DNA from: Dehalococcoidia bacterium
Lineage (GTDB): Bacteria; Chloroflexota; Dehalococcoidia; Lucifugimonadales; UBA3495
Assembly (NCBI GenBank): GCA_034428635.1
Contig: DAOUHR010000156.1
Span: forward strand, 11,076 to 75,075
Direction: 5' to 3'
Length of the DNA stretch: 64,000 nucleotides
Shown here: positions 45,864-55,444 of the stretch, piece after piece
Layout: each line of letters opens with the position of its first letter
How positions within the stretch are numbered: position 1 is the first letter of the stretch
The notes under the pieces: model-generated
The model's input: only the letters and a program-made list of their open reading frames with translations
Databases searched by the model: none
What the model was told of the DNA's origin: nothing
Position numbers and translations under genes: made by a program

Positions 45864-48800
45864 GCAACGCTCCCTTTGATGAACTGGAAACCGAACTGGC
45901 TAAATTCCCCCCTGCGGTTCTGGATGCCTACCGTGAAGCCCTTGAGGCAATGGAATCGTCTTTTTCCTCCGAAGAACTTATCCTGTGGGCCAAGGAAGGC
46001 GCATCCATCGCCGGCCAGACTGTGCGTTCCTGGGAATCTGCGGTCGAGTATTACCGGGTCTGCCCCATGGTAGCCCGTTCCCTGGCCTTTCCTTCGTTTA
46101 TGCAATGGGCCAGGTGCGGTACCTACCTGTCCCAGGACTCTCCGGCCCTGGCCGTTTCCTTCTTCAAGGCCAGCCCGTCCATAGTTTCCAACCTGCGCCC
46201 CCAGTACATTCCCCGCTGGGCGGGCTTGGGCCGCAGCCTTTACAAGGGCACCTGGAAGTCCAGCACTCTGTCCAGCCGATTCTTCGAGGTCAGCCCCGAC
46301 CTGATTCGCAGCCTGCCCTTCTGGGACGTGGAGGTGTTCGCCTCGCTGGTTGAGGCTCTGTCCTACAAGTCCTACGACATTGCAGTGGAATGCCTGACCC
46401 TGGGAAAGGACGTCCTGCCGGCAATGGGCCGCGAGCGGGAAGCATTTCTCGCCATGTGCCGCGCCCTGTCCGACGGTAACTGGCGCGAGGTAAAGAGCTG
46501 TTTCGAAGTCGCCCCCAAGGCGCTTCAGCAGGTTGACGAGGGACAGACCAGCCGCTTCCTGAAGCTGGGTGAGCGATTGACCAAGGTAGGGATTCGCGAT
46601 ACTTCCCGGTTCCTTACCGACGGCAGCCAGGCCTTGAGTCAGATTCCCACGGGGTCGCAGGCCCACATCCTGGACCTTTGCGAGGGCCTTCTGGCCGTGA
46701 CGCCTGAAGCGGTACCCTGCTTCCTCAAGAGCCTGGATAGCGTGACGCACCGCGTCACCCTTAACCAGTTGGATACCTGGTTCCACCATGGCGTCCAATT
46801 GCTTAAGGACAACCCGGAAAGTGGCATCGCCTTCTTCAAGGTGGAATCCAACACTTCCGAATCACTGCTGGAAACTCTTTCCTCCAGCCTGGAGCTTGAC
46901 CGGGTCAAGGGTGTTGTGCGCCTGTACTGCCGGGCCCTGTCCGGTTCTCCCATCGAAGTGATGAATACCCAGGAACTGGTGAGGCGGAATATCGGCTGGG
47001 TGGACGAGGACACCGCGTCCACCGACGGTACAAAGGTCTTTCTTCCCCCAGTGGTTGACCACTACCAGGACAAGAGCCAGAACTTCTCCTGGTTCAAGGT
47101 CGTGGCCACCCACCAGGTGGGCCACCTGGAATTCGGCAGCTTTTCTTACGACTTCAGCAAGCCTGCCGAGATGTTCGAAGAGGAGCGCCGCTACGAAATG
47201 GAGCGGGAGCGGGGAGCGCAGCAGATCAACGACGACGTTCTTTTGGGCGACCTGGATCCGGATGGCCAGATGCGCTCCTATACCGACATCGGCCGCTTTC
47301 TGAGCCTGTTCGACAACCGCCGGCTGGCCTTTGACATCTTTACGGTCCTTGAAGACTGCCGGCTGGACTACCGCATTAAGGCGGAATACCCGGGCATCCG
47401 GCGAACCTCCATGGACGTCCAGTCGGATACCCTTGCCCGCCGCCCTGAAGTAGAAGACCTGCCCCTACAGGAGGCGCTGGTTGAGCTGCTGATCAGGATG
47501 AGCCTGGACCAGTTCAACAACCTGCCTGTACCGGTTGATTTCCGAGATGAGGCCACCATGCTGGCCCAGATTCTCTTCGTGCTGCGCAGCGTTGCAGCCA
47601 ACGTGGAGGACACGGCCGAGGCCACCTTGCGCGCCTACGAGATTATTTCCAGGCTCGAAAACGAGACCCAGCCCGAAGACCAGTGGGAACCTGAGGACAT
47701 GGAAGAGCCCGGCGACTTCTCGGAGGAGGAGTTCCAGTCTCTGCTGGACAAGCTCCAGGCTTCCCAGGACTCTTCTGGCGATGCTGGCGAAGGTGACCCT
47801 TACGAGTCCCCGGAACCGGTGGACTACCGCGGTGATTTCAAGCCGGAGATGGTCCAGCTCCTGACCAAGCTCCAAATGGACCAGAACCAGCAGGGCGAGG
47901 GTGAACCCTTGTCCCAGGAAATGCTGGAACAGCTTTTGCAGGATAGCGCCGAACTGGAGCTGGATGCGGAACAAGGTGACATAAACAACAGCAGCACCAC
48001 TTTTGCCCAGAACATCATGAAGGAGGCCGGCGTTCCGCCCCCAAACTCCCAGCCGGGTCAGGGTTACGGCCCGCTGCTCCACGACGATGACCAAGGCGGC
48101 GAATTGGAAGCCCGAGAGCCCAAGACTTACGTTTACGACGAGTGGGATTTCCGGGCCAATGACTACAAGCCCCGCTGGTGCGTAGTCAAGGAGAAGTCCC
48201 TGGACGAGGGCGACTCAAACTTCTATAACGACTCTCTGAAGAATTACTCGACCCTGCTCAACCACATAAAGCGGCAGTTCGAGTTGATCATGCCCGAAAC
48301 GTTCCGAAAGATCTACCGGATGATTGACGGTGAGGATATTGACCTTAACGCAGCGCTGGAGGCAGCCGCCGATATCCGGATGAAGGTGCCGCCCGACGAA
48401 AAGATCTACTGGCGCCGCAACAAGATCGAGCGCAACGTGTCGGTGGTATTCCTGCTGGACATGAGCGCCTCCACCGCCGAGGCCATCGATGAAGGCCGCC
48501 ATACGGTGGACGACCGGGATGCTCCTGACGACCCCGTGGAATACATGGTCTGGCTGCGCCGCCGCCGTGAAGGCCTGGTGCGCCGCCACTACAAGCGCAT
48601 CATTGACCTGGAAAAGGAAAGCACCGCGTTGCTGATCCATGCCCTCGAATCAATCGGGGATAACTACGGCATCTACGGGTTCTCGGGCTACGGTCGCGAA
48701 AACGTGGAGTTCTACGTAATCAAGGACATCGAAGAGGGCTTCAACGAGCGCATCAAGCGGCGCATAGACAAGATCACGCCGCTCCATGCTACTCGCATGG

Positions 48801-49120
48801 GCAGCGCCATCCGCCATGCCATCACCAAGCTGGAAAACCAGGACTCGCCGACCAAGATTATGTTCCTGATCAGCGACGGCCGTCCCCAGGACCGGGGATA
48901 CAGTCGGGAAGGTGTGGAGAAGGAGTACGCGGTCCACGACACCCACATGGCCCTGCTGGAGGCCAAGCGGAAGGACATCACACCCTTCTGCCTGACGGTA
49001 GACAAGGCAGGCCACGACTACCTGCAGGAAATGTGCGGCGACATGGGTTACGAGGTGCTTGGTGACATCTGGGCGCTACCGGAGCGGTTGCCCATGCTCT
49101 ACCGGCAGTTGACCGCTTAA
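45860..49120 (+). CDS. Large CbbO/NorD-like protein with C-terminal von Willebrand factor A domain (1086 aa)
   Basis: TTG 45860 overlaps the Nudix stop (cTTGA) and lies 10 nt after AAGGAGG. The C-terminus has MIDAS VVFLLDMSASTAE...TRMGSAIRHA...FLISDGRPQD. Mid-region VRLYCRALSG and ATHQVGHLEFGSF resemble NorD/CbbO. A long acidic linker lies at about 47640-48000. The track start at 45725 lies inside the Nudix gene. Confidence 0.8.
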   Translation: MSNAPFDELETELAKFPPAVLDAYREALEAMESSFSSEELILWAKEGASIAGQTVRSWESAVEYYRVCPMVARSLAFPSFMQWARCGTYLSQDSPALAVSFFKASPSIVSNLRPQYIPRWAGLGRSLYKGTWKSSTLSSRFFEVSPDLIRSLPFWDVEVFASLVEALSYKSYDIAVECLTLGKDVLPAMGREREAFLAMCRALSDGNWREVKSCFEVAPKALQQVDEGQTSRFLKLGERLTKVGIRDTSRFLTDGSQALSQIPTGSQAHILDLCEGLLAVTPEAVPCFLKSLDSVTHRVTLNQLDTWFHHGVQLLKDNPESGIAFFKVESNTSESLLETLSSSLELDRVKGVVRLYCRALSGSPIEVMNTQELVRRNIGWVDEDTASTDGTKVFLPPVVDHYQDKSQNFSWFKVVATHQVGHLEFGSFSYDFSKPAEMFEEERRYEMERERGAQQINDDVLLGDLDPDGQMRSYTDIGRFLSLFDNRRLAFDIFTVLEDCRLDYRIKAEYPGIRRTSMDVQSDTLARRPEVEDLPLQEALVELLIRMSLDQFNNLPVPVDFRDEATMLAQILFVLRSVAANVEDTAEATLRAYEIISRLENETQPEDQWEPEDMEEPGDFSEEEFQSLLDKLQASQDSSGDAGEGDPYESPEPVDYRGDFKPEMVQLLTKLQMDQNQQGEGEPLSQEMLEQLLQDSAELELDAEQGDINNSSTTFAQNIMKEAGVPPPNSQPGQGYGPLLHDDDQGGELEAREPKTYVYDEWDFRANDYKPRWCVVKEKSLDEGDSNFYNDSLKNYSTLLNHIKRQFELIMPETFRKIYRMIDGEDIDLNAALEAAADIRMKVPPDEKIYWRRNKIERNVSVVFLLDMSASTAEAIDEGRHTVDDRDAPDDPVEYMVWLRRRREGLVRRHYKRIIDLEKESTALLIHALESIGDNYGIYGFSGYGRENVEFYVIKDIEEGFNERIKRRIDKITPLHATRMGSAIRHAITKLENQDSPTKIMFLISDGRPQDRGYSREGVEKEYAVHDTHMALLEAKRKDITPFCLTVDKAGHDYLQEMCGDMGYEVLGDIWALPERLPMLYRQLTA

Positions 49121-49142
49121 CCTGCTACGGCAACGGTACAGT

Positions 49143-49187
49143 GAAAAACGGTGGGGCAGGCTTCGTGCCTGCCCCACTCTTGTTACT
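49143..49187. terminator. Bidirectional intrinsic terminator between convergent VWA gene and cinA
   Basis: An 11-bp perfect stem, GTGGGGCAGGC (49151-49161) / GCCTGCCCCAC (49167-49177), with a 5-nt loop. The plus strand is followed by TCTTGTT. The minus strand is followed by CGTTTTTCAC. Confidence 0.75.
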
Positions 49188-49220
49188 TCGGCCGGAAAGA
49201 AACAGGCCTTCGCCCCAGGT

Positions 49221-50459
49221 TCAGCCGGCATTCTCCAAGACGACCAGCTTTCTCAATTCAGTAAGGGCAGTGTTTGCCACTCTACGTTTAATGACTATGC
49301 GGCGCGTGGGAGTGCGGAATTGCAACTCGCGAGTGTCCTTCCTGCCCGCTATGGCAACGAACACTTGTCCCACCGGTTGATCTTCCACCGCCTCCGGTCC
49401 AATGACGCCGGTGATGGCGATGCCGTAGTCGGCCGTCATTCCTTCCCGTGCGGCGAGGGCCATGGCCATAGCCGTTTCAGGGCTTACCAGGCCGTGTTCC
49501 TCCAGAACATGGGGGGGAACGCCGCCGGCCAGCAGCATCTCCGAATTGAGTGCAATGACGCCTCCCTTGTAATACCTGGAACTGTCAGCTATGTCCGTAA
49601 TGCTGTTCGCGAGGAATCCACCGCTGCAGGACTCCATTGTTGCCAGGGTTAAGCCGTACTCACCAAGAACCTGCCCTGCAGCCTGCTCCGGTGTCTCTGA
49701 ATCATACCCCCAAATATACTGGCCCAACCGCTCGGTTATCGCCGTTTCTACCGGGGTAATCATCTCACGGGCTACTTGCTCATCCCTGGCGCGGGCGATG
49801 ATCCTGAGGTGAATCCCGTCTGCCTTGGAGTAAATGCCCAGGTAAGGATTTTCGTGGCCGAAGAACTCGGAGATTTCCTCGTCAATGGCCGCCTCGGACA
49901 TTCCCAGGGTCTTGATATTCCTCGTTATAGTAACCTCGTCTTCCACCAACTCCCTGAGTCTTGGCGCCACTTCCTCGTGCCATATCGGCTGCATTTCCCC
50001 CGGTGGCCCCGGCATACAGATGATAACCTTGCCCTTGTTCTCCACCCACCAACCGGGCGCGGTGCCATTGCGGTTCCGCACAAACTGTGCCGAGGGAATA
50101 AGGTGGGCTTGCTTAATGTTATGGGCTGGCATGGTCATGCCCCTGCCGGCAAAGTACCGCTCCAGGTTCTCCACGACCTCCCGCTGGACGGTAGGGGTCT
50201 CGCCAAGGGCAACCGCCACCGCTTCCCGGGTCAGGTCGTCCTGGGTTGGACCCAGCCCACCGGTAGTGAAAATGAAATCCGAACGCTGCATCCCCCTCGA
50301 AAAGGCCTCCGCCAGCGCCGGCAGGTCATCGCCAACAATGGAAATGCCCTGTAGCTGAATGCCCAGAGGCGGCAGTTGGGTGGCAATCCAGGAACCGTTT
50401 GTGTCCGTCAGTTCACCCATCAGCAGTTCGGTGCCTATGGAAAGGATTTCAGCCTTCAA
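49221..50459 (-). CDS. cinA: CinA family protein (competence/damage-inducible; MoCF-like N-domain + PncC nicotinamide-nucleotide amidase C-domain)
   Basis: TTG 50459 (AAGGAG 7 nt upstream) gives (M)KAEILSIGTELLMGELTDTN. The C-terminus has ESCSGG...GGVIAL typical of PncC. Confidence 0.85.
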   Translation of the reverse strand: MKAEILSIGTELLMGELTDTNGSWIATQLPPLGIQLQGISIVGDDLPALAEAFSRGMQRSDFIFTTGGLGPTQDDLTREAVAVALGETPTVQREVVENLERYFAGRGMTMPAHNIKQAHLIPSAQFVRNRNGTAPGWWVENKGKVIICMPGPPGEMQPIWHEEVAPRLRELVEDEVTITRNIKTLGMSEAAIDEEISEFFGHENPYLGIYSKADGIHLRIIARARDEQVAREMITPVETAITERLGQYIWGYDSETPEQAAGQVLGEYGLTLATMESCSGGFLANSITDIADSSRYYKGGVIALNSEMLLAGGVPPHVLEEHGLVSPETAMAMALAAREGMTADYGIAITGVIGPEAVEDQPVGQVFVAIAGRKDTRELQFRTPTRRIVIKRRVANTALTELRKLVVLENAG

Positions 50460-50554
50460 GAGTGGTCTCCTTATCCGGATTGACCTCAGCCCATTTAATC
50501 TGACGGGCAAGTAGATGCGGGAGAATTATGCTGCAGTGTACTCAGGGACCGCAA

Positions 50555-51562
50555 TCAGCTTCCCTCGCCCGAAGGCACGGGAGGATCTGTGGCCAGCTTC
50601 TCAACGGCTTCGGCCCATTCCGCCGTTACGGTGAAGAGTTCGGATTGGCCCGATGTTTGAGCATAACGGTGCCGTCCATCCGACGTCAGGTCGCCGAGAA
50701 AGAACTCATGGGCTTTATTGGGGTTGAAACCAACCCAGACACTGACAGCAGGCGGATCAAGCCCATACTCCTCCGGGTCCTTAAGATTTTCGGAAACCGT
50801 ATCGACTACATGTGGGTTTTCCAGGAGCACATCACGGTCATTCCATAAATCGTCCGGAATCCTGATATCGTCCTCTTCGGTCGCGTCCGCGGCCTGGTCG
50901 AATAAGTACCAGGCCTCCGTAAAGCCGTCCCATACATAATGCTGGGTTTCCTCGTCAACGGTGACCTCAATACGACTGACCTCCTGCTGGCCAACGTTCA
51001 GCAACTCCCGGTCCTCAATGTCCGTGTCATAGAGACGGGGGTAAGGAGGCTGAAAGACCAGCCTGTTGACCACCCGTGCCCAGATCTGCGGGACGCTGAA
51101 CAGCTTGGGGGACCCCACCAGCCGCGCGTACTGATTCTGACCGTCGGGGGTTTGCAGTCCCAAATGCGCCTCATATTGCCGTCCCGTTCGCTCAGTAAGA
51201 CGTACGACGGTTACGGGCGGGGCCAGACCGTACTGGGCGGGATTTTCCATCTCGTCGGCAAGTGTGCGATTTACCCGGGGGCCACTCAGCAACAGGGGGG
51301 TGCCGCTCCATTTGTCCTGGTAAACCTGGCGCTCTTGGTCTTCTTCCACTATAAACCAGCGGACGCCTCCCTCCTTTTTGCGGTATTCGATGGTCTCTCC
51401 CTCGTATGTAACCAGGATATTAACCAGGGAATTGTCGTCCACCCTCCATAGCCAGGCCTGTTCCTGCCTCGGTTCGGGACTCCGGGTCAAAATTACGCCG
51501 GCAAAGGTGCCTCCAAAGAGGAGAAGGACTATTATCAATAGAATAGTAAGCCGTATGTTCAT
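50555..51562 (-). CDS. DUF4340 domain protein (N-terminal membrane anchor)
   Basis: 335 aa. MNIRLTILLIIVLLLFGGTFAGVIL anchor, with repeated beta-rich modules. It holds the position characteristic of DUF4340 downstream of GldG-like genes. Confidence 0.6.
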   Translation of the reverse strand: MNIRLTILLIIVLLLFGGTFAGVILTRSPEPRQEQAWLWRVDDNSLVNILVTYEGETIEYRKKEGGVRWFIVEEDQERQVYQDKWSGTPLLLSGPRVNRTLADEMENPAQYGLAPPVTVVRLTERTGRQYEAHLGLQTPDGQNQYARLVGSPKLFSVPQIWARVVNRLVFQPPYPRLYDTDIEDRELLNVGQQEVSRIEVTVDEETQHYVWDGFTEAWYLFDQAADATEEDDIRIPDDLWNDRDVLLENPHVVDTVSENLKDPEEYGLDPPAVSVWVGFNPNKAHEFFLGDLTSDGRHRYAQTSGQSELFTVTAEWAEAVEKLATDPPVPSGEGS

Positions 51563-51710
51563 TGAAAGTTAACCCACTGCCAAAACCGGAAGAATTTCAC
51601 CAGGAATTTACGAAGTCGGAATACGCCACGAATTGACGGTCTTGCGGCTTTGGGGGCTCTCCCGGAGTACCCCACCAACCATCGCCACACTTGGAAGCGC
51701 ACGCAGACAA

Positions 51711-53660
51711 TTAACGCCGCACCCACCACACCATTGCTGCCATCAAACCCATCAACCCGGGCAGGAGCAGCCATGATGTGAACTTCACAAAGTTCTCCTG
51801 GTTCCGGTCAACGTTGAACTCCCTCACGGTCAGCGCCTTGGGCCGCAGGGAGACGAGAGAATGGTCACCCACCAGGTAATTTACTGAATTCAGGAACAAG
51901 TCGGCGCCGCCGCCGCGCCCATAGAAACTGTTGGTCAGAAAGTCCGAGTCCCCAATTACGAACATCTGGGCAATCTGGTTCTCCTCCAATGAGGCAGGCG
52001 CAGACGAGGCGTCACCACTGAGAGAGCCAGGACTGCGGTGGAATACCATCAGGGGGAAGGGACCCAGGGGATCAGCGTTCTCCACCTCTCCTTTCCTGAC
52101 TTCCTGGCGGTCCAGGTCATCAATCAGGTAGCTCGCATCGGAGCTGATTGCCAGCGGAACCAGTTGTCGCTGGGGATTGCCGTCGTGCCGAATATCCAGG
52201 GCGGTAGTGCCAGGCATGGTAACCTGGTCCAGTGACCTGCCCTTGGGCGCTGTAATGCCCAGCAAGGCTGTCCACAGTTCCTGGTAGCTGCGTGCGTCGG
52301 AGATCTGCTGGCTGATGAAAAATGCAAGCTGGCGCGGCATGTTGGTATCGTCAAAAACCGAAAACTGGAGATTCTCTGGGTTATCCGGTAGGGAAGCTGT
52401 TTCGTCATATATGTAGCCGTTCCGGAGTATCACTCCCCAGAGAGCCAATAGTTCACGGAATGTGTCGGGAGTCTCAGGTTCTCCGAGGAAGATAAGCCTG
52501 CCAGCCTGCTGACGGTCACTACCGTCTGGATTCTTGCCCTGCAGGTAAAGGTGCAATGCCTCCGTGTGGGCATCGGGCAAATCATTGGTAGGACGGGCAA
52601 TCACCAGGATTGCCGCATCGTCGGGCACACTGACGTCTTGCTCGTTGCTGGCCCATCGCAGGGTTTCCACTCGGTAGTTGTCCTGCTCAAGACCAACCCG
52701 CACTTCGCCATAACCGTCGGAGCTCGTGTTGTTGACACTCCTCTCGCCATGTCCCGCCAGGAAATAGATGGCTTTCTGTTCTTGCCCTGTTAGCAACAGA
52801 ATGCTGGTTACCAGGTCCTGCTCCAGGTGGCTGTAGCTGGCATCCCGGGGCTGAATCACATTCTGGGCACTCCCATCTTTCAGCTTCACCACAATGGACT
52901 CGTTAACAAAGGCGATGGGCGTTGTACCGAAGTACTGGTTCACCCGCTGGGGGTTGACGTCGGGGTCAACAAATGAGGTCTCGACTTTGGTGGGTCGTGC
53001 CGCTTCAAACTCCCGAAATGTTTCAACAACCTTGCTCTCTCTGTTCAGCAGCTGGTAAGCGACGTCCGGGTTTCCCTGGGGCCCCAAAGAAACTTCAGCC
53101 TTATAGAAGGCGATTATCTCGACATCATGGTCCAGGTTGTCCAGAAGCTGTTCGGTGCGGTCGGCAAGGCTATACTGATTGGTAGCAGTTTGATCCCAGC
53201 GGACATTGTTGGTAAAAGAAACGGCATTGGCTATGATTACAATGCCGAGGAAGGCGGCTAACATAATCAGCGAGTTGACGCCGTATCGTCCGGTTCGGCT
53301 GATAAAGGCGGTCACCACTGAACTCAGGGAGATAAGGCCAACCAGCAGAAGCAGGGCCACGCCAAATCCCAGGCTGATGAAGCCGTAGAGGCGCATGGAA
53401 CTGACGAATGCGACCAGAATGGCTCCCGCAACGATGGCCACAATGCCGGCTATCACCAGCGGAGCGCCAAAAGAACCGATAGCGTTCAGGGAGGGTTCGA
53501 AGAAGCTGAAAAGCGTACGGGACCGGAGTTCACCATCGGTCGATTCCCCGTCTTCACCCCCTTCCAGTTCCGGAGCTTCATTTTCCTCCGACCGGGATGC
53601 ACGGTCGCGCCGACTTCGCCTCCGCCAGTCCCCACCGGCATCTGTAGGTTGCTCGCTCAT
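51711..53660 (-). CDS. GldG-like ABC-transporter auxiliary protein (ABC_transp_aux family)
   Basis: 649 aa. A charged N-terminus, several TM helices, a large extracytoplasmic domain and a C-terminal TM (FVKFTSWLLLPGLMGLMAAMVWWV). The start lies 1 nt after the permease stop. Confidence 0.7.
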   Translation of the reverse strand: MSEQPTDAGGDWRRRSRRDRASRSEENEAPELEGGEDGESTDGELRSRTLFSFFEPSLNAIGSFGAPLVIAGIVAIVAGAILVAFVSSMRLYGFISLGFGVALLLLVGLISLSSVVTAFISRTGRYGVNSLIMLAAFLGIVIIANAVSFTNNVRWDQTATNQYSLADRTEQLLDNLDHDVEIIAFYKAEVSLGPQGNPDVAYQLLNRESKVVETFREFEAARPTKVETSFVDPDVNPQRVNQYFGTTPIAFVNESIVVKLKDGSAQNVIQPRDASYSHLEQDLVTSILLLTGQEQKAIYFLAGHGERSVNNTSSDGYGEVRVGLEQDNYRVETLRWASNEQDVSVPDDAAILVIARPTNDLPDAHTEALHLYLQGKNPDGSDRQQAGRLIFLGEPETPDTFRELLALWGVILRNGYIYDETASLPDNPENLQFSVFDDTNMPRQLAFFISQQISDARSYQELWTALLGITAPKGRSLDQVTMPGTTALDIRHDGNPQRQLVPLAISSDASYLIDDLDRQEVRKGEVENADPLGPFPLMVFHRSPGSLSGDASSAPASLEENQIAQMFVIGDSDFLTNSFYGRGGGADLFLNSVNYLVGDHSLVSLRPKALTVREFNVDRNQENFVKFTSWLLLPGLMGLMAAMVWWVRR

Positions 53661-53661
53661 T

Positions 53662-54387
53662 CTATCTCCATCGCCGGAATTCCAGCGCCCTGATCGCCAG
53701 GAAAAGAAATACTGCGGTTACGCTCAGGAAGTACAAGACGTGCTTCGTATCAATCACGCCTCTGCCAAAATCTTCGTAGTGGGCCTGGAAGCCAATTTCG
53801 CTAATCAGAACAGCGGCTATTCCCCCCACAATGTCGGTGCTGAAATGCACAACGTAGAGGGCGCCGATTACGCCAATTCCTACTATTAGGGCAACAATCT
53901 GGTTGCTGGTAATGGTAGACGTGAGCATCCCGATGGCCAGCGCCGCGGCACCGTACAGCACGAGTCCCAGGTAACCCGCGTACAAGGGCCCGGGGTCGGG
54001 TTCGGCAAAGATATAAAGCAAGAGGGGATAGTAAAGGGTCAGGGAGAGCATGGCCAGCAGGAAAGCGAAGCTTGCCAGATATTTGCCTAGTATGATTTCC
54101 CAGTCCCTAACGGGAGAAGTCAACAGCAACTCAATGGTACCCAGCTTCTGCTCTTCCGCCAATAGACGCATGGTCAGGGCCGGCGGGAGAAAGATCAGGA
54201 AGAGGGAAGTCCAGGAAAAAAACGTATCCAAGGTGGCTTCGGGGAAGGGATTGTTCTCGCTGGGCACCACGCCAATGGCAAAAACAATCCCGGTAAGGGC
54301 CAGGAAGATCATGCCAACTATATACGCCGTGGGTGTGCCGAAATAGACTTGAATCTCCTTCCAGGCCACCGCCTGGATTGTCCGCAT
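53662..54387 (-). CDS. ABC-2 type transporter permease (GldF-like)
   Basis: 241 aa with six hydrophobic segments. Contains AWKEIQVYFGTPTAYIV. The start lies 1 nt after the ATPase stop. Confidence 0.8.
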   Translation of the reverse strand: MRTIQAVAWKEIQVYFGTPTAYIVGMIFLALTGIVFAIGVVPSENNPFPEATLDTFFSWTSLFLIFLPPALTMRLLAEEQKLGTIELLLTSPVRDWEIILGKYLASFAFLLAMLSLTLYYPLLLYIFAEPDPGPLYAGYLGLVLYGAAALAIGMLTSTITSNQIVALIVGIGVIGALYVVHFSTDIVGGIAAVLISEIGFQAHYEDFGRGVIDTKHVLYFLSVTAVFLFLAIRALEFRRWR

Positions 54388-54388
54388 T

Positions 54389-55351
54389 TTATAGCTCCTC
54401 TTGGGTGGTAAGCCGCAGGAATATATCCTCCAGGCTCATGCTCACCAACTGCATGCTCAGCAGGCTCCAACCATTGCTGACTATAACTCGGGAGATTTCG
54501 TCCCGCAGGTCCCGGCCCTGCTGTACCTGGACAACGAAGACATTGCGCCCCTGGTTGTAGCGCTGGGTTACTTCGGTCACACCCGGAACCCTGCGCAGCG
54601 CCGACAATACTTCCTGCACCGGGCCGCCGACTTCCACTTGCAACTGGTCGACGCCCTGTAGCCTTTGGGCCAGGTTGCTGGGGGTATCCTCGGCAACTAT
54701 ATGGCCCTCGTGGATTATAAGCACCCGTTCGCAGATCATGTTTACTTCCGGAAGAATGTGGCTGCTCAACACCACCGTCTGCTCCCTGCCCAACTCCTGG
54801 ATCAACCGCCTGGTTTCCACCACCTGGATCGGGTCAATGCCGATTGTCGGCTCATCCAGCACCAGCACTTCCGGTTCGTGAAGAATGGCCTGGGCTATGC
54901 CCACACGCTGCCGAAACCCTTTGGACAGCTTGCCGATAATGGTCTTGTGGTAGTCCTCCAGGCGGCACACATCAATAACTTCGCCAACGCGGCGCTTTAT
55001 CTGCCGGCTTGGCATGCCCCTTAAGGTTCCCATGTATTTCAAGTAATTGGTAACCTGCATCTCGGTGTGCAGCGGCACCGTTTCCGGCAGGTATCCGATC
55101 CGCTTGCGCACCTCCAGGGATTGTTCCACCACATCATAGTCGGCCAGTGTTACCTTGCCTTCCGTCGGCGGCATAAACCCCGTCAAAATCCGCATAGTGG
55201 TAGTCTTGCCGGCGCCGTTAGGGCCAAGGAAACCCAGGATTTCGCCCCGCTTGACGCCAAAGTTTACATCTTCAATGGCTGGTTGAGGACCATAGAAGTG
55301 GGTCAGGTCACTCGCCTGAATCATTATGTCGTTGTCGTTTTGGTCTTCCAT
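54389..55351 (-). CDS. ABC transporter ATP-binding protein (GldA/ABC-2 subfamily)
   Basis: Walker A GPNGAGKTTT, signature LSKGFRQR, Walker B LVLDEPTIGID. Confidence 0.9.
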   Translation of the reverse strand: MEDQNDNDIMIQASDLTHFYGPQPAIEDVNFGVKRGEILGFLGPNGAGKTTTMRILTGFMPPTEGKVTLADYDVVEQSLEVRKRIGYLPETVPLHTEMQVTNYLKYMGTLRGMPSRQIKRRVGEVIDVCRLEDYHKTIIGKLSKGFRQRVGIAQAILHEPEVLVLDEPTIGIDPIQVVETRRLIQELGREQTVVLSSHILPEVNMICERVLIIHEGHIVAEDTPSNLAQRLQGVDQLQVEVGGPVQEVLSALRRVPGVTEVTQRYNQGRNVFVVQVQQGRDLRDEISRVIVSNGWSLLSMQLVSMSLEDIFLRLTTQEEL

Positions 55352-55444
55352 ATTGCCAGGGGCTTAGGGTTATCTTTGCCTTAACTCACCGTCTATATTG
55401 ATCAGACTCCCCGAATTACCCCTATCCGCTCCCATTTTACAGCG

